From Candidatus Latescibacterota bacterium (lineage in GTDB: Bacteria; Latescibacterota; UBA2968), in contig OZ242195.1 in assembly GCA_965205975.1 (NCBI GenBank), positions 4,576,001 to 4,640,000 on the forward strand: DNA of 64,000 bases, written 5' to 3'. The stretch's first letter is position 1; each line of letters begins with the position of its first letter. The position numbers were made by a program, and so were the translations under genes. The notes under the pieces were generated by a model. The model made no database searches. It saw nothing but the letters and a program-made list of their open reading frames with translations, and had not been told where the DNA came from. Positions 8,395 through 20,366 of the stretch are shown one piece after another.

Positions 8395-9645
8395 TTACCC
8401 GCCAAAGTCGTCGAATAAGATATTCTCGGGTTCCACACCCATATCGTCCAGCATATCCATGCATGCCACTAACATCAGTGGGGGACCGCAGATATAATAT
8501 TCACAATCTTCGGGTGCCGGGTGATCTTTTAGGTACTCATCGTAGAGTACCTGGTGAATAAATCCGGTCAGGCCCGTCCAGTTGTCTTCTGGCATGGGGT
8601 CGGATAGTGCCACATGCCATGTAAAGTTGTCGTGTTCGCGCTGCAATCCGTCGAAGTCATCGACATAGAACATTTCATTCAGGCTGCGCGCGCCATACCA
8701 GAAGGTTACTTTGCGGTCTGTGCCAATGCGTTTGAATTGATCGAAGATGTGCGACCGCATCGGCGCCATGCCCGCGCCGCCACCGATGAAGATCATTTCG
8801 GCATCGGTTTCTTTGGCGAAGAACTCGCCGTAGGGTCCCGAGATGGTCACGTCATCGCCGGGTTTTAGATCAAAAGTCCACGACGACATTTTGCCCGGGG
8901 GAATACCCGTTGTGCCCGGCGGGGGGGACGCCACGCGGATGTTGAGCATGATGATCCCTTTTTCTTCGGGATAATTCGCCATTGAGTACGCGCGGAAGAC
9001 GGGTTCATCTACTACCGAGACATTGTCCCATACATTGAAGTGATCCCAGGTGCCTCTAAAGCGATCTTCCCCATCTGCGGCTGTGATATCGAAGTCGCGG
9101 TAGTCAACGGTGTGGGGCGGGCATTCGATTTGAATAAATCCACCGGCTCGAAATCCGACGTCTTCCCCTGGCGGCAGTTCGAGGATGAGTTCTTTGATGA
9201 ATGTGGCGACATTGTAATTCGAGATTACTTTGCAGTTCCACTTTTTGATGCTAAATACTTCGGCGGGCACTTCGATATCCATATCGCCTTTTACTGTGAC
9301 CTGACACGAAAGCCGACACCCTTCACGCGCTTCTTTGCGGTTGATGTGCGACCGCTCGGTGGATAAGATATCGCCTCCCCCGTCATTGATCGTGACTTTG
9401 CACTGTCCACAGGTGCCGCCTCCGCCACATGCGGAGGATACAAAAATTCTATTGTCGGCCAATGTGTTGAGCAATTTGCCGCCTATGGGAACAGCAATGC
9501 TGTGGTCGGGATCGTCGTTGATGGTGATGTGCGCCTGTCCCGAGGCAACCAATCGCGATCTGGCAATGAGTATGACCGCTACCAGCATCAGCACCATGGT
9601 GGTAAACATCCCTACACCGAGTAAAATTAGCCTTACGTCTTCCAT
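8395..9645 (-). CDS. nqrF: Na+-NQR subunit F
   Basis: [12 protein letters not shown] 2Fe-2[17 protein letters not shown]-terminal DDFGG. Confidence 0.97.
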   Translation of the reverse strand: MEDVRLILLGVGMFTTMVLMLVAVILIARSRLVASGQAHITINDDPDHSIAVPIGGKLLNTLADNRIFVSSACGGGGTCGQCKVTINDGGGDILSTERSHINRKEAREGCRLSCQVTVKGDMDIEVPAEVFSIKKWNCKVISNYNVATFIKELILELPPGEDVGFRAGGFIQIECPPHTVDYRDFDITAADGEDRFRGTWDHFNVWDNVSVVDEPVFRAYSMANYPEEKGIIMLNIRVASPPPGTTGIPPGKMSSWTFDLKPGDDVTISGPYGEFFAKETDAEMIFIGGGAGMAPMRSHIFDQFKRIGTDRKVTFWYGARSLNEMFYVDDFDGLQREHDNFTWHVALSDPMPEDNWTGLTGFIHQVLYDEYLKDHPAPEDCEYYICGPPLMLVACMDMLDDMGVEPENILFDDFGG

Positions 9646-9668
9646 ATTATCTCCACGCTTGCCTGGAT

Positions 9669-10280
9669 CTAAAGTTGAATCCCCGAAAAGAGCATAAATG
9701 CCATTGCCATCAAGCCCACGGTCATAAACGTGATGCCCAGCCCGCGCAATGCCGGTGGCACGTTGCTGTATTTCATTTTTTCGCGTATGCCCGCCAGTCC
9801 GACAATGGCGAGTGCCCAACCCGTGCCGCTGCCGAGTCCAAAGACGACACTTTCTGAAAAATTAAAGTCGCGTTCGACCATGAGCAGGGAGCCGCCCAGG
9901 ATGGCGCAGTTCACTGTGATCAGGGGCAAGAATATGCCCAGGGCGTTGTACAGAGTGGGCACGTATTTGTCCAGTACCATTTCCAGAATTTGAATCATCG
10001 CGGCGATGACGCCGATATATGTGACCAGGCCCAAAAATGTGAGATCTACATCTGGTAAACCCGCCCAGGCGAGCGCGCCTTCGGTCAGGACATGGGTAAA
10101 AATGAGATTGTTGATCGGCACTGTAATCGTCTGTACCACAATCACCGCAATGCCCAGGCCCACAGCGGTTGTCACCTGTTTGGAGACGGCGAGGTATGTA
10201 CACATGCCCAAAAAGAAAGCGAGGGCCATATTTTCGACAAAAACGGCTTTGACAAATAAGCTGATATAGTGTTCGGCCAT
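9669..10280 (-). CDS. nqrE: Na+-NQR subunit E
   Basis: [25 protein letters not shown]. Confidence 0.97.
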   Translation of the reverse strand: MAEHYISLFVKAVFVENMALAFFLGMCTYLAVSKQVTTAVGLGIAVIVVQTITVPINNLIFTHVLTEGALAWAGLPDVDLTFLGLVTYIGVIAAMIQILEMVLDKYVPTLYNALGIFLPLITVNCAILGGSLLMVERDFNFSESVVFGLGSGTGWALAIVGLAGIREKMKYSNVPPALRGLGITFMTVGLMAMAFMLFSGIQL

Positions 10281-10281
10281 T

Positions 10282-10971
10282 TTAATCCTCTTCCACTTGT
10301 TCGGGTTTCCAGGCCCGCACGACCCAGATGAAGAACCCGATTAAGAAAAACGCACTCGGCGATAATAACATCAAGCCGTTGGGCATGTACCAGCCGCCTT
10401 CGGTAATGAGTGGCAAAATGTCAACGCCCATAAGTTTACCCGATCCCAGAAGTTCGCGGAAAAATCCCACCACAATTAAGATGGTGCTGTAACCCAATCC
10501 ATTTCCCAGGCCGTCTAATAAGCTGTGCGTGGGAGGATTTTTCATTGCAAATCCTTCGGCGCGTCCCATGATGATGCAGTTGGTAATGATCAGTCCGACA
10601 AAGATCGACAATTGCTTGGATATGTTGTAAGCAAATGCCTGAATAGCCTGGTCGGCGATAATCACAAGCGAGGCAATAATGGTCATTTGAACGATGATGC
10701 GGACGCTGGACGGAATGTGATTTCTGATCAGGCTTACCGATATATTGGAAAGCGTTATAACAAAGATGACCGCCAAAGACATGACGATTGAGGTCTCCAG
10801 CTTTGTGGTCACCGCGAGTGCCGAACAAACGCCCAATACCTGACGCCCGATTGGGTTGTCATCAAAGATGGGCGTCCATATCAGGCTTTTGGCTTCTTTC
10901 GCCGTCAATGACGGAGATGGTGGCACTTCTGGCGCTTGTTCTTCCCTTTCGATTACTTCAGCCACGAACAC
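10282..10971 (-). CDS. nqrD: Na+-NQR subunit D
   Basis: [26 protein letters not shown]. Confidence 0.96.
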   Translation of the reverse strand: MFVAEVIEREEQAPEVPPSPSLTAKEAKSLIWTPIFDDNPIGRQVLGVCSALAVTTKLETSIVMSLAVIFVITLSNISVSLIRNHIPSSVRIIVQMTIIASLVIIADQAIQAFAYNISKQLSIFVGLIITNCIIMGRAEGFAMKNPPTHSLLDGLGNGLGYSTILIVVGFFRELLGSGKLMGVDILPLITEGGWYMPNGLMLLSPSAFFLIGFFIWVVRAWKPEQVEED

Positions 10972-11755
10972 CTCCTTGTTTGAGGGTGTCTAAAAATCGA
11001 CCGTATCCTTCGTTGCCCAACCAGTATTTGAGCATGCTGTCTAATCCCCGCGTGGTGATGGTCGCTCCCGAGAGGCCATCGACCTGGTATTTTGCTTTTT
11101 CACTTTTGGGATTTACCTGGCCTTTGATCACAGAGATCGCGACATTGCCGGCATCGTCATAAGCCTGTTTACCCGGCCATAATCCCTTCCATCTGGCGTT
11201 ATCGACCTCGCCACCCAGTCCCGGGGTTTCGCCGTGTTCGTAAAATGTGATGCCCTGAATGCTTTGCAGGTCATTGCCCAGAGATACAAAGCCGTAGAGC
11301 GTGGACCAGAGGCCATAGCCGTAGATGGGTAAGATAATGCGCTGCAATTTGTCGTTTTCCATCACTTTATAAACGAAGATGTAATTCGGGCGGTTGCGAA
11401 TATTGGCTATGTCTTTCGCAGAGTCAACAGAACGCCCAAAAGTGGGGTCGGCAGCCATTTTCTTTAAGTCATAGGTATCTACGTCGATGCCATCGGGGTA
11501 TTCTTCGCGGTTCAAGATCTGCCCGGTGTCCAGTTTAATAAGCAGCGGTACGACCTTTTTTTCGTAAACGGACTGGACATCGACCGAGGGATCGTATAGC
11601 CCACCCGCAATCAGGATATTTTTTACTTTGTCGAGGCGTTTGTTTTCTTTTTTGATATCGTGTAAGGATACAGCAAATAGTGAGACAAAAAGAGAACAGA
11701 CCAGACAAAGGGCCACCGCAACAAAGATCGTTTTTTGGATGCTGTCATTCTGCAC
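10958..11755 (-). CDS. nqrC: Na+-NQR subunit C
   Basis: GETPGLGG and FMN site [12 protein letters not shown] start with AAGGAG RBS. Confidence 0.95.
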   Translation of the reverse strand: MQNDSIQKTIFVAVALCLVCSLFVSLFAVSLHDIKKENKRLDKVKNILIAGGLYDPSVDVQSVYEKKVVPLLIKLDTGQILNREEYPDGIDVDTYDLKKMAADPTFGRSVDSAKDIANIRNRPNYIFVYKVMENDKLQRIILPIYGYGLWSTLYGFVSLGNDLQSIQGITFYEHGETPGLGGEVDNARWKGLWPGKQAYDDAGNVAISVIKGQVNPKSEKAKYQVDGLSGATITTRGLDSMLKYWLGNEGYGRFLDTLKQGGVRG

Positions 11756-12944
11756 GGGCCAGTCTCCTTTGGATATTGCGGTTGATAAAGACGCGGTCGA
11801 TGATGGGCGCGAATACATTGGCGAACAATATGGCCAGCATGATGCCTTCGGGATAGGCCGGGTTGGTCACGCGGATCAATACTGTCATGACGCCTATTAA
11901 AATGCCATAGACCCATTTGCCCTGGCGCGTCATGGCTGCGCTGACCGGATCGGTTGCCATGAATACCGTGCCAAATGCAAAGCCGCCGATGACGAGATGC
12001 CAGGCCGGAGATACGTTGAGCAGCGGGTTGGTGGTGCTGCCGATCCAGTTGAAGAATAGCGCAGATACGATCATGCCGATGGTGACGCCGGCCATGATTT
12101 GCCACGAGCCAACGCGGGTTAATATTAAGACGCCTGCGCCCAATAAACAGCAAAGGGTTGAGGTTTCTCCCATGGAGCCCGGGATCAAACCGATAAATGA
12201 TTCCCACCAGGTGTAGTCCATCTGGATATGAGTATCGGCATAGGCCGCTAATGGCGTTGCCTGACTATATCCATCAACGGCGATCCAGACTGCATCGCCT
12301 GAGATTTGCGCGGGATAGGCAAAATAGAGAAATGCGCGGCCCGTGAGCGCGGGGTTTAAGAAGTTCATTCCCACGCCACCGAATATTTCTTTGCCTATTA
12401 CTACGCCAAAGATGATGCCTATGCCTACCTGCCACAGGGGTATAAGGGGCGGCATTGTGAGGGGGAATAGCGTGCTGGTGACGAGAAATCCCTCGTTGAT
12501 TTCGTGTTTGCGAATGACTGCAAATATGGCTTCGCATAAGCCGCCCGCGGCTATGGTTACGAGTTGTACGGGTACAAAATAAATAGCGCCAATCGCAAGA
12601 CAACTGAGTACGTCGGAGGGCAGGAAGGACAAGCCCAGTACCTGGGCGAGCCAGACGTGCCAATCGCCAGTGCCGATTGCGCCGATATTTTGATAGGCCA
12701 GGCTCGCTTGCAAGCCCGTGTTGTACAGGGCAAATAAAATACAGGGTTGTAGCGAGAGTACGACTGTGATCATCATCCGCTTCAAATCCATGCCGTCGCG
12801 CACGTGAGCATCTGCCTGGGTAACCTCGCCGGGAGTGTAGAGGAATGTGTCCCCGGCTTCGTAAAACGGATACAGTTTTTCGAGTTTGCCGCCTTCTTCG
12901 AAGTGTTCGGCCTGTTTGTCCAATAAATCGCGTAGGGGCTTCAC
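11745..12944 (-). CDS. nqrB: Na+-NQR subunit B
   Basis: [15 protein letters not shown] site [17 protein letters not shown]. Confidence 0.97.
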   Translation of the reverse strand: MKPLRDLLDKQAEHFEEGGKLEKLYPFYEAGDTFLYTPGEVTQADAHVRDGMDLKRMMITVVLSLQPCILFALYNTGLQASLAYQNIGAIGTGDWHVWLAQVLGLSFLPSDVLSCLAIGAIYFVPVQLVTIAAGGLCEAIFAVIRKHEINEGFLVTSTLFPLTMPPLIPLWQVGIGIIFGVVIGKEIFGGVGMNFLNPALTGRAFLYFAYPAQISGDAVWIAVDGYSQATPLAAYADTHIQMDYTWWESFIGLIPGSMGETSTLCCLLGAGVLILTRVGSWQIMAGVTIGMIVSALFFNWIGSTTNPLLNVSPAWHLVIGGFAFGTVFMATDPVSAAMTRQGKWVYGILIGVMTVLIRVTNPAYPEGIMLAILFANVFAPIIDRVFINRNIQRRLARAE

Positions 12945-14296
12945 TATCCTTCCTTTTCAATTTCGGTGAGGTTTTCGCGCAGAATGGGTCCAAAATCCAT
13001 TTTTGACGAACACGAAAATGTGCATAGTGATAGGTCTTCCTCATCCAATTCCAGAATACCGAGTTTTTCAGCGTCGTCGAGGTCTCGGGTGACGAGTGCC
13101 CGAATCAAAAAGTTGGGCAATATGTCCAGCGGCATGACGTCGTCGTAATTGCCATGCGGCACGAGTGCGCGATGGCTGCCATTGGTGGAGGTGTTCAATT
13201 TGAGGCGTTGGCCGAAGAACATTTTGGACAGTGCCAGATTTTTGATGGTGAAAAATTCGAATCCCGGCGTGATCCAGCCCAAAAAGGCGCGTTTGTTACC
13301 TTCTTCGAGTGCGGTGATCTGCTGGTGATACCGTCCCAGGAAGGCGCGTGTTTCGTCTGCTTTGCGCCCGGAGAGGACAGAGCCGCTGATGACGCGGTTT
13401 TCGACGTCTTCGAGTTCTCCTTCTACCAGGTCCATTATTGAAGCTCCCAGACGGGTGCGGATCAATTTGGGGTGTTTTACGGTGGGACCGCTCAGAGCGA
13501 CTACGCGCTCGGTCATAATCCGCCCGGTTGTGAACAGATGTCCCCATGCTATGACATCCTGAAGCCCGATGTGCCAGACTGTTTTATTGCGGTGTACGGG
13601 GTCTAAGAAGTGGATGTGCGTGCCGACTAATCCGGCGGGGTGGGGACCGGAAAATTCTTCGACCTGTACGCGGTCATCGTCGATTTCTGGCAGGTCTAAG
13701 TCGGGGTCTCTACAGAGAAAAATTGTTCCATCTACGAGTTTTGAGACGATTTTGAGGCCCAGTGTGAAATTGTTTTCCTGTCCGGCCAATACACGCGCCA
13801 TGTCCGGGGATAGCGGGTTGGTGTCCATGGCGTTGACAAAGATGGAATTCGCCTCGGTCGCGGGGTCGGCTACTTTGCCAAATGGCCGCGCTCTCAGGGC
13901 GGTCCACTGTCCGGATGAGATGAGTTGTTCTTTGACTGTTTCCCGGTCGAGATTGTCAATTTCGTCTTCTCGATGGGATTCAAAGGTGATTTCATCGTTG
14001 CCTTCCAGGCGGATGACCATTGATAAGAAGGCGCGTTTTATTCCCCGGTTTATGGCGATTACCTCGCCTGCGCCGGGTGAGGTGTAAAGAACACCTTCCA
14101 TTTTTTTGTCGGTGAATAATACATCGCCGAGTTTGACGCGGTCTCCCACTTGAGCCACGATTGTGGGACGCATGCCCACATAATCTTCACCTGAGAGTGC
14201 CACAGTTTGGACTGGTTTGCCATTTTGTACTGTGGATTGATCGGGGACGCCGCTAATGGGAAGGTCGAGTCCTTGTTTAATTTTTGTCAATGCCAT
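12944..14296 (-). CDS. nqrA: Na+-NQR subunit A
   Basis: [30 protein letters not shown]; start MALTK. Confidence 0.96.
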   Translation of the reverse strand: MALTKIKQGLDLPISGVPDQSTVQNGKPVQTVALSGEDYVGMRPTIVAQVGDRVKLGDVLFTDKKMEGVLYTSPGAGEVIAINRGIKRAFLSMVIRLEGNDEITFESHREDEIDNLDRETVKEQLISSGQWTALRARPFGKVADPATEANSIFVNAMDTNPLSPDMARVLAGQENNFTLGLKIVSKLVDGTIFLCRDPDLDLPEIDDDRVQVEEFSGPHPAGLVGTHIHFLDPVHRNKTVWHIGLQDVIAWGHLFTTGRIMTERVVALSGPTVKHPKLIRTRLGASIMDLVEGELEDVENRVISGSVLSGRKADETRAFLGRYHQQITALEEGNKRAFLGWITPGFEFFTIKNLALSKMFFGQRLKLNTSTNGSHRALVPHGNYDDVMPLDILPNFLIRALVTRDLDDAEKLGILELDEEDLSLCTFSCSSKMDFGPILRENLTEIEKEG

Positions 14297-14554
14297 TATG
14301 GTCCTCAATTTTTTCCAATAAAAAAAGCAACCACAATTGTCAAATGGCCTTAATAAACAAGGGGGAGACAGACAGTGCAGTTGCTGTTTTGCAGGTGCTA
14401 TGAACACCTACAGGCATTGGAAACAAATCCATCGTAATCCAGATAAAGAACAGATGTGTTGTTCAAATGTTTTCTCGTTTGCGAATAAATTTATTATAAG
14501 CGTTTTTAATTGTCAAGCAAAAGGCGTTGTATCAGGAGAAATAAATTTTTATCC

Positions 14555-14587
14555 GTCATCGCGGCATGCTTAAAGCCGCGATCCAGG
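14555..14587. repeat. Palindromic REP-like repeat GTCATCGCGGCATGCTTAAAGCCGCGATCCAG, copy 1
   Basis: Identical copies at 23964 and 57645; degenerate interrupted copy at 58450. Confidence 0.9.
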
Positions 14588-15227
14588 CTCTATCTCCTCA
14601 ATCCCGGGCTTGGACGCACCAAAGCGCACATCAACCCCTCTGCCTTGAAGGACTGGAATGTGCGTGTTGAGTGATGTGGCACTCAAAGGGTTGTTTTTCA
14701 CATCAATCTCATCACCACTGCCCAATCCTGTATTTGCGACCAAAGGCGAAAGGTCTGAGACGTTGTTTCTGGAAAGATACAGATTTGTCAGATTGGTTAA
14801 GTTCGATAGTGGCGATATGTCCGATATGAGGTTGGCACTGAGGTTCAGATGCTCCAGGCTATTCAAGTCAGATAGCGCAGACACATCCGAGATCACGTTG
14901 TCGGAAAACCACACCCATTTTAAATTGGTCAAGCTCGATAGTGGCGATATGTTCGATATGAGGTTGACGCTCAGTGTCAAAGCCCTCATACACAGCCTGA
15001 CTCGCGTCGTATTCAAAGCGCACGGCAAGGCCGTTCGCGTTTTGTATATCTTTGCCGAAGATCTGAATGGCGATTACCTGATCAGTGGATACATTGAGAG
15101 ATGTGACAGCTTGATCGCCCACCGCACTATCCACATCCAGCGATAGGGAAAAGTTGTTCTGCGCCGAAAGAGATAGCGGGTATATCAGAAGGGCGAGTGT
15201 TAACACTTGCAGAATCAGGTTGCGCAT
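14570..15227 (-). pseudogene. Internally deleted secreted cohesin-like/internalin-type LRR protein
   Basis: Signal peptide plus cohesin-like start (to ...YEGFD) joins out of frame near 14977 to LRRs (ISDISPLSNLTNLTNLYL); 3' end runs into a REP. Confidence 0.7.
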
Positions 15228-15405
15228 CGGGTTTTCCTTGCATTAGTGGCTACCCCAATGTGTAGCATTTACCCTTATGATGTCAACTCCATAAATTTGT
15301 CCTGAAGTTCAAAATTTGTCCCGGTTTCCGCTTTTTAGCGATATGTGGTTGGATTATCTCCATGCTTCGTGTCGAAACCCGGTGTGCATTCAAAAAACTC
15401 ATTCC

Positions 15406-15462
15406 TTGACAACAAAATAATTTTTTGATAAAATTTGAATATAGTCATAAATATGGTCATAA
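15406..15462 (+). promoter_or_regulatory. vapBC promoter and possible operator repeats
   Basis: TTGACA-17-TAAAAT, then ATAGTCATAA/ATGGTCATAA repeats. Confidence 0.65.
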
Positions 15463-15481
15463 TTTTTAAAAAGGAGTAAAG

Positions 15482-15715
15482 ATGCCTTCAATTTCTAAAA
15501 GTAAATTGAAAGCCAATATGCTTCGTATATTTCGCGATATTGAAAATACCGGCGAAGAAATGATTGTCACAGATCACAATCGTCCTGTTTTACGCATTCA
15601 GCCTATTGGGCAAAAAAGGACAGTGGAAGAGGTGTTCGGTACCATTCAGGGCAAGGTCATCTACCGCGAAGATATCAATACACCGACCACCGACGAATGG
15701 AAAGATCTGTCATGA
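15482..15715 (+). CDS. vapB: Phd/YefM-family antitoxin
   Basis: ISKSKLKAN...GEEMIVTDHNRPV; ATGA overlap with PIN toxin. Confidence 0.85.
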   Translation: MPSISKSKLKANMLRIFRDIENTGEEMIVTDHNRPVLRIQPIGQKRTVEEVFGTIQGKVIYREDINTPTTDEWKDLS

Positions 15716-16092
15716 TTGTTCTGGATACTTCAGCGCTCATATTCTGGACTCTGGATCGAGAGCGATTATCTCAAATCGCAGCACAAGCGATCTCAGACGC
15801 CGACCATATTGCCATCAGTTCTATCTCTATTTGGGAGATCGGCATAAAAGTTAAAAAGCAAAAACTCGCTATACCACTTTCTATCCAGGAATTTACGGAT
15901 AAACTGAAAGCAATAGACCGCTTCGATATTCTGCCTGTAGATGCCCAGACTTGGATCAAGAACCTCGAACTCAATTGGGATCATGGCGATCCTGCTGATC
16001 GCACAATTGTTGCGACTGCCAGTTTGCACGCTTGCCCACTCGTCACCTCAGATTCTGCTATCCGCGCATTTTATTCACAGACTATCTGGTGA
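15712..16092 (+). CDS. vapC: PIN-domain toxin VapC
   Basis: VLDTS, SIWEI, HGDPADRTIVATA, LVTSD. Confidence 0.92.
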   Translation: MIVLDTSALIFWTLDRERLSQIAAQAISDADHIAISSISIWEIGIKVKKQKLAIPLSIQEFTDKLKAIDRFDILPVDAQTWIKNLELNWDHGDPADRTIVATASLHACPLVTSDSAIRAFYSQTIW

Positions 16093-16128
16093 GGACGATT
16101 TCAAAACTTTTACTGAAATGGAGTTGAC

Positions 16129-18480
16129 GTGAAATATTTGATACTCAATTTGTGGATTATTTTGCTTCTGATATTGCCCGGGCAGGCAACATCAGAAGTG
16201 GCGGATTCGCTGTCTGTTCTGGAGGAAGCCGTGAAGGTTGCGCCAAAAGATGGCGATGCCTGGGTCAGGTTGGGCAATGTGTATCTGAATGCGGGGGAGA
16301 TCGAGAAGGCCGATGGTGCGTTTCGCAAGGGAATTCGGTATGCCGGGTCTGCAGAGGCTTATGTGGGGTTGGGGCGGGTGTTTATGGCGAGGGGACCAAC
16401 GCGGGCGCGACAGGGGTTGCCGTATTTTCGGATGGCGCGGGCAAAGGATCCGAAGTTGATAGATGCCGAGTTGTATCTGGCGCGGGCAAAGGTGATGTTG
16501 CGCGATCTGGATGCTGAGGATGCGTTTCGCCGGGTGATTGCAATGGCGCCGGATTACGCGCCGGTGTATTTGGAATTGGCGGATTGGTATGTCAATAACA
16601 ATTTTGAAATGTATTACGGCGAGATTCGCCTGCTGTACGAAAAGTATCTGAGGCTGAGGCCGGGTGATGTCGATGCGCTTTACGGATTGGCAGTGTCATA
16701 TACGGAGGAGCAGAATTACCGGTCTGTCGTTGGGATTGGTGAGATGGCGTTGGCTAAAAATCCGGGCGAAGCGCGACTGTTGGCATTGCTTGCACAAGCG
16801 TATGCGGGTATGGGCGATCCGGATCGGGCATTGGCGTTGTTCGCGCAGTATTTCGATGCGATTCCAGCAGAAGAACGGGCGCTTTACAAAAATTTGCAAT
16901 TGGTGGCAAGGCCGGAGGAGTTGAAGGTGTATGAGTCGCTGCCCGAAGATGAACGCGCAACGTTTTTGACGACGTTTTGGCGCAAGCGCGATTTGACGTT
17001 GATATCGGGTGGTCTTGCGCGCGAGGCAGAACACTATCGCCGGGTGTGGTTCGCGCGGACGCATTTTGCGAAAGGTGTGCAGCCGTGGGACAGGCGCGGC
17101 GAGGTGTATATTCGGTATGGGGAGCCGGATTATCGGTCGCGGTCACACGCGCCCAATGCAGTGCCGAGTGCCGAGGCCGAGGCGGTGAAGGAGAGGCTGG
17201 CTCTGGATATTGAGGGTGGTTTTGTGGCGTCGGGAGAAATGACTGCGGAATCGTTTTTTGGCGGTGTGGATGATGATGAACAGGCGGTGGAGGATTACGA
17301 GGGTGTCAATCTCATTGAACCGGCTTATCCCGTGTCGTTTAACGAGCGGTCGATGCCGTGGGAGTCGTGGATTTACACGCAGGTTGGCGGCGGTGTGGAG
17401 TTTGTTTTTGTGGATGAGTTGCTCAATGGCAAGTGGCAGTTTCCCCCGCTGCCAGATGGCACGCGCATGTCGGGCGAGCGGTTGTCCGCGCTTTTGCGAT
17501 CCCATCCGGGCGTTGTGTTGAACGATGTGGTGGCTTCAACACCGGAGTATTTTGATTTGCCACCGGGGATTGAACCGCTGGCGTTTTATTACGATGTGGC
17601 GCGTTTTAGAGCAGAAGAGGGCAAGACCGGGGTTGAGGTGTATTACGGGGTGCCGACGCTGGAGGTGGATATTGAAAATGAGAATGGGCATGTGCGCCGT
17701 TCGGTGGTGATTTCAGACGATGAGGGCGAGGAGGTGTTTCGGACTCGGGATGATTTGTATTTTGGAGGTATTGATTCCAGGCAGTTGAAGAAGGGGACAT
17801 TTGTGCCCGATGTGGCTTATCTGGAAGTGCCTCCTGGCACCTATCGCATGGCGGTGCATTTGGCCGATGTAAATTCGGGGAAGTGGGGGGTTTATGTGCA
17901 GGATTTGGTGGCTCCGACATTTTCCGATTCACTGGCGATGAGTGATCTGGAATTGGCGTGGTCCATTAGTGAGGAAGGGGGGTTTCACGACAAATATCGC
18001 AAGGCCGATGTGTGGGTGATGCCGATGCCGTCGCGCAGTTTTGTGAATGATCGCAGTGTATTCGTTTATTATGAGGTCTATAATTTAAAACGCGATGAAT
18101 TTGGGCAGACGCGATATAAGGTGTCCTATACGATTCAGCAGGATGTGCGGTCGGGTTCTTCGATTTTTGGACTGTTGAGCGGGGGATTCAAAAGATTGAT
18201 GGCGAGGGGTAAAAAACCACAGGTGGCGGTGAGTTATGAGCATGTGGGGCGAGATGTTTGGGAGCCAATTCATCTGGAGCTGGATTCAGAAAAGATGATC
18301 CTGGGCCTCAATCAGGTTGAGGTTGAGGTGACGGATTTGTCGAGTGGTCAATCCGTGAAGCGCGAAGCTATTTTCAGGTTGGAACCAGCACCGCAGATAG
18401 CCGAGAGACAACGGGGAATTCAGGGTGATGATGTGCCACAAGGTAGGCGCGGGAGGCGGGGCGGTGAACGACGGCGTTGA
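16129..18480 (+). CDS. Secreted TPR + GWxTD-domain protein
   Basis: Signal peptide, TPRs, FWRKRD...EHYRR...WDRRGEVYIRYGEPD. Confidence 0.85.
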   Translation: MKYLILNLWIILLLILPGQATSEVADSLSVLEEAVKVAPKDGDAWVRLGNVYLNAGEIEKADGAFRKGIRYAGSAEAYVGLGRVFMARGPTRARQGLPYFRMARAKDPKLIDAELYLARAKVMLRDLDAEDAFRRVIAMAPDYAPVYLELADWYVNNNFEMYYGEIRLLYEKYLRLRPGDVDALYGLAVSYTEEQNYRSVVGIGEMALAKNPGEARLLALLAQAYAGMGDPDRALALFAQYFDAIPAEERALYKNLQLVARPEELKVYESLPEDERATFLTTFWRKRDLTLISGGLAREAEHYRRVWFARTHFAKGVQPWDRRGEVYIRYGEPDYRSRSHAPNAVPSAEAEAVKERLALDIEGGFVASGEMTAESFFGGVDDDEQAVEDYEGVNLIEPAYPVSFNERSMPWESWIYTQVGGGVEFVFVDELLNGKWQFPPLPDGTRMSGERLSALLRSHPGVVLNDVVASTPEYFDLPPGIEPLAFYYDVARFRAEEGKTGVEVYYGVPTLEVDIENENGHVRRSVVISDDEGEEVFRTRDDLYFGGIDSRQLKKGTFVPDVAYLEVPPGTYRMAVHLADVNSGKWGVYVQDLVAPTFSDSLAMSDLELAWSISEEGGFHDKYRKADVWVMPMPSRSFVNDRSVFVYYEVYNLKRDEFGQTRYKVSYTIQQDVRSGSSIFGLLSGGFKRLMARGKKPQVAVSYEHVGRDVWEPIHLELDSEKMILGLNQVEVEVTDLSSGQSVKREAIFRLEPAPQIAERQRGIQGDDVPQGRRGRRGGERRR

Positions 18481-18497
18481 GTGGTGAGTTTTAAGAG

Positions 18498-18543
18498 AAA
18501 ACAGAAGAGGCGATCACACAACTGTGATCGCCTCTTGTTTTTT
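18498..18543. terminator. Bidirectional terminator
   Basis: AAGAGGCGATCACA/TGTGATCGCCTCTT stem between convergent genes. Confidence 0.85.
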
Positions 18544-20215
18544 ACTCTGGTGCCCAAGCACGAGGTGCTATGCCTTCAATGTGTGTTTTGACATCGATGA
18601 TGGCGGGTTTGTTAGAGGCAAGTGCCTGATCTAAGGCTCCTGATAGCTCGTTGGGATGATTTACCGTGATGCCAAAGCAGTCCATGGATTGGGCGATTTT
18701 TGCAAAGTCGGCGTCGGTGAGTATCCAGAGTTCGTCGGATCCAGGGGTCTGTCCGCCGTATGTTCGCTCGTTGACGGATTTTTCCTGGTTTAGCGAGCGG
18801 TTGTTGTTTACGATGGTGACAGTGGGGATGTCGTATCGCAATGCGGTGTCGAGCTCGGTCATGTGATACCATATCCCGCCGTCGCCGGTGAAGCATATAA
18901 CGGGACGGTCGGGTTTGGCGCATTTGGCTCCAATGGCTGCGGGAAGACCCCAGCCGAGGGATCCGGCGCAGCGGATGAATAATTGATCGGGGTGTTTGAG
19001 GTCCATCATGGTGCCGGTCCATATCCCGGAATGACCTGTGTCAGAGACGAGGATGGCGTCCGAGGGGAGGAAGTCGGTGAGTTCTTTGCACAGGCGTTCG
19101 GGACGTATGGGGTTGTCGTCTGAGTTGACGAGTGGGGCGACTTCGTCGCGCCATTCGCGAACGAGGTCTTGGACGCGGGTGATCCATTCGGTGCGTTTTG
19201 CCATGGGGTCGGCATTGTCGATCATTTTGCGCAGTGATGCCCGAACATCGCCTTGCAGGCCGAGCGTGAGGGGGAAAGAACGCCCGAGTTCAGAGGGGTT
19301 GATGTCGAGCTGGATGACGGGCGTGCCTTTGGGCGGAATTTTCCATTCGTTGGTAACTTGCCCACCCGCGTGGCTGCCGATAAAGAAGACGAGGTCGGCT
19401 TCGCAGACGGTTTTGTTGGCGCAGGCGCGAGAGTATTGGCCGCATACGCCAATGGCGAGCGGATGGTCGTAGGGGAAGGTTTCTTTGGCGTTGAGGGAGG
19501 TGGCGACTGGAATGGATAATTTTTCGGCGAGTTCGACGAGTTCGGCACCTGCTTCGGAATAGGTGACGCCTCCGCCGGCGATGATGACGGGGCGTTTTGC
19601 CTGGGTGAGCAATTTGATGGCTTTCTGCACACTTGATTGTTCTGGCTCTGGACGGAATGGGGGCATGCGTGTGAATTGTTCTTCGATGATGACGTTCAGG
19701 TCCGCTTCGGCTTCTGCGATGTTTTGTCCGACAAAGCCCTCAAAGTCCAGGTGTACAGGACCAGGTGTGCCGGAGACGGATTCTCGAAATGCCTGACGCA
19801 TGAAGTAGGGCAGTTGATCGAGTTCGCCGACGTTAATACTGTATTTGGTGACTGCGCTAAAGGGGGCTGTGTGATCGACTTCTTGATAGGCGTGACGCTG
19901 CTGGTTGATCTGAGTTTGGCGTCCGGTGATGGCGATGACCGGGGCGCAGGCGAGATAGGCGTCTTGCAGGCCAGCGGCGAGGTTGACCGCGCCGACAGAT
20001 TGGGCCATGCAGATGCCGGGACCCCGGTTGACGCGGGCGTACGCATCGGCCATGTAGGCAGCGGCTTTTTCGCCGTGTGTCATGATGCGTTTGATGCCTA
20101 ATTTTTCCATTTCATACAGTGCTCTGGGTGCGATTACGGGCATGAAGAAGACATGGGTAATGCCATATCCTTTGAAGGTTTCAGCGATGAATCGCCCGCC
20201 GGTCATTTGGGGCAT
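18542..20215 (-). CDS. Thiamine-pyrophosphate-dependent enzyme (acetolactate synthase-like)
   Basis: GEKAAAYMADAYAR; GDGG...NN TPP motif. Confidence 0.9.
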   Translation of the reverse strand: MPQMTGGRFIAETFKGYGITHVFFMPVIAPRALYEMEKLGIKRIMTHGEKAAAYMADAYARVNRGPGICMAQSVGAVNLAAGLQDAYLACAPVIAITGRQTQINQQRHAYQEVDHTAPFSAVTKYSINVGELDQLPYFMRQAFRESVSGTPGPVHLDFEGFVGQNIAEAEADLNVIIEEQFTRMPPFRPEPEQSSVQKAIKLLTQAKRPVIIAGGGVTYSEAGAELVELAEKLSIPVATSLNAKETFPYDHPLAIGVCGQYSRACANKTVCEADLVFFIGSHAGGQVTNEWKIPPKGTPVIQLDINPSELGRSFPLTLGLQGDVRASLRKMIDNADPMAKRTEWITRVQDLVREWRDEVAPLVNSDDNPIRPERLCKELTDFLPSDAILVSDTGHSGIWTGTMMDLKHPDQLFIRCAGSLGWGLPAAIGAKCAKPDRPVICFTGDGGIWYHMTELDTALRYDIPTVTIVNNNRSLNQEKSVNERTYGGQTPGSDELWILTDADFAKIAQSMDCFGITVNHPNELSGALDQALASNKPAIIDVKTHIEGIAPRAWAPE

Positions 20216-20310
20216 GGTGTTCTCCTTTGGGTGTGGTGCATAACTGGGGTAGCAGGTTATCGTCCGTAATGAACTTCAAAAATATCAGAATTTCAAGTTA
20301 AAAAAACGGT

Positions 20311-20364
20311 TAGGGGCGGTGCCCCCGTATAAAAGCATTACGAGGCAGGCTCTGTGCCCGCCCG
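20311..20364. repeat. GTAG-type REP interrupted by a 28-bp mini-element
   Basis: TAGGGGCGGTGCC|CCCGTATAAAAGCATTACGAGGCAGGCT|CTGTGCCCGCCCG. Confidence 0.7.
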
Positions 20365-20366
20365 TG

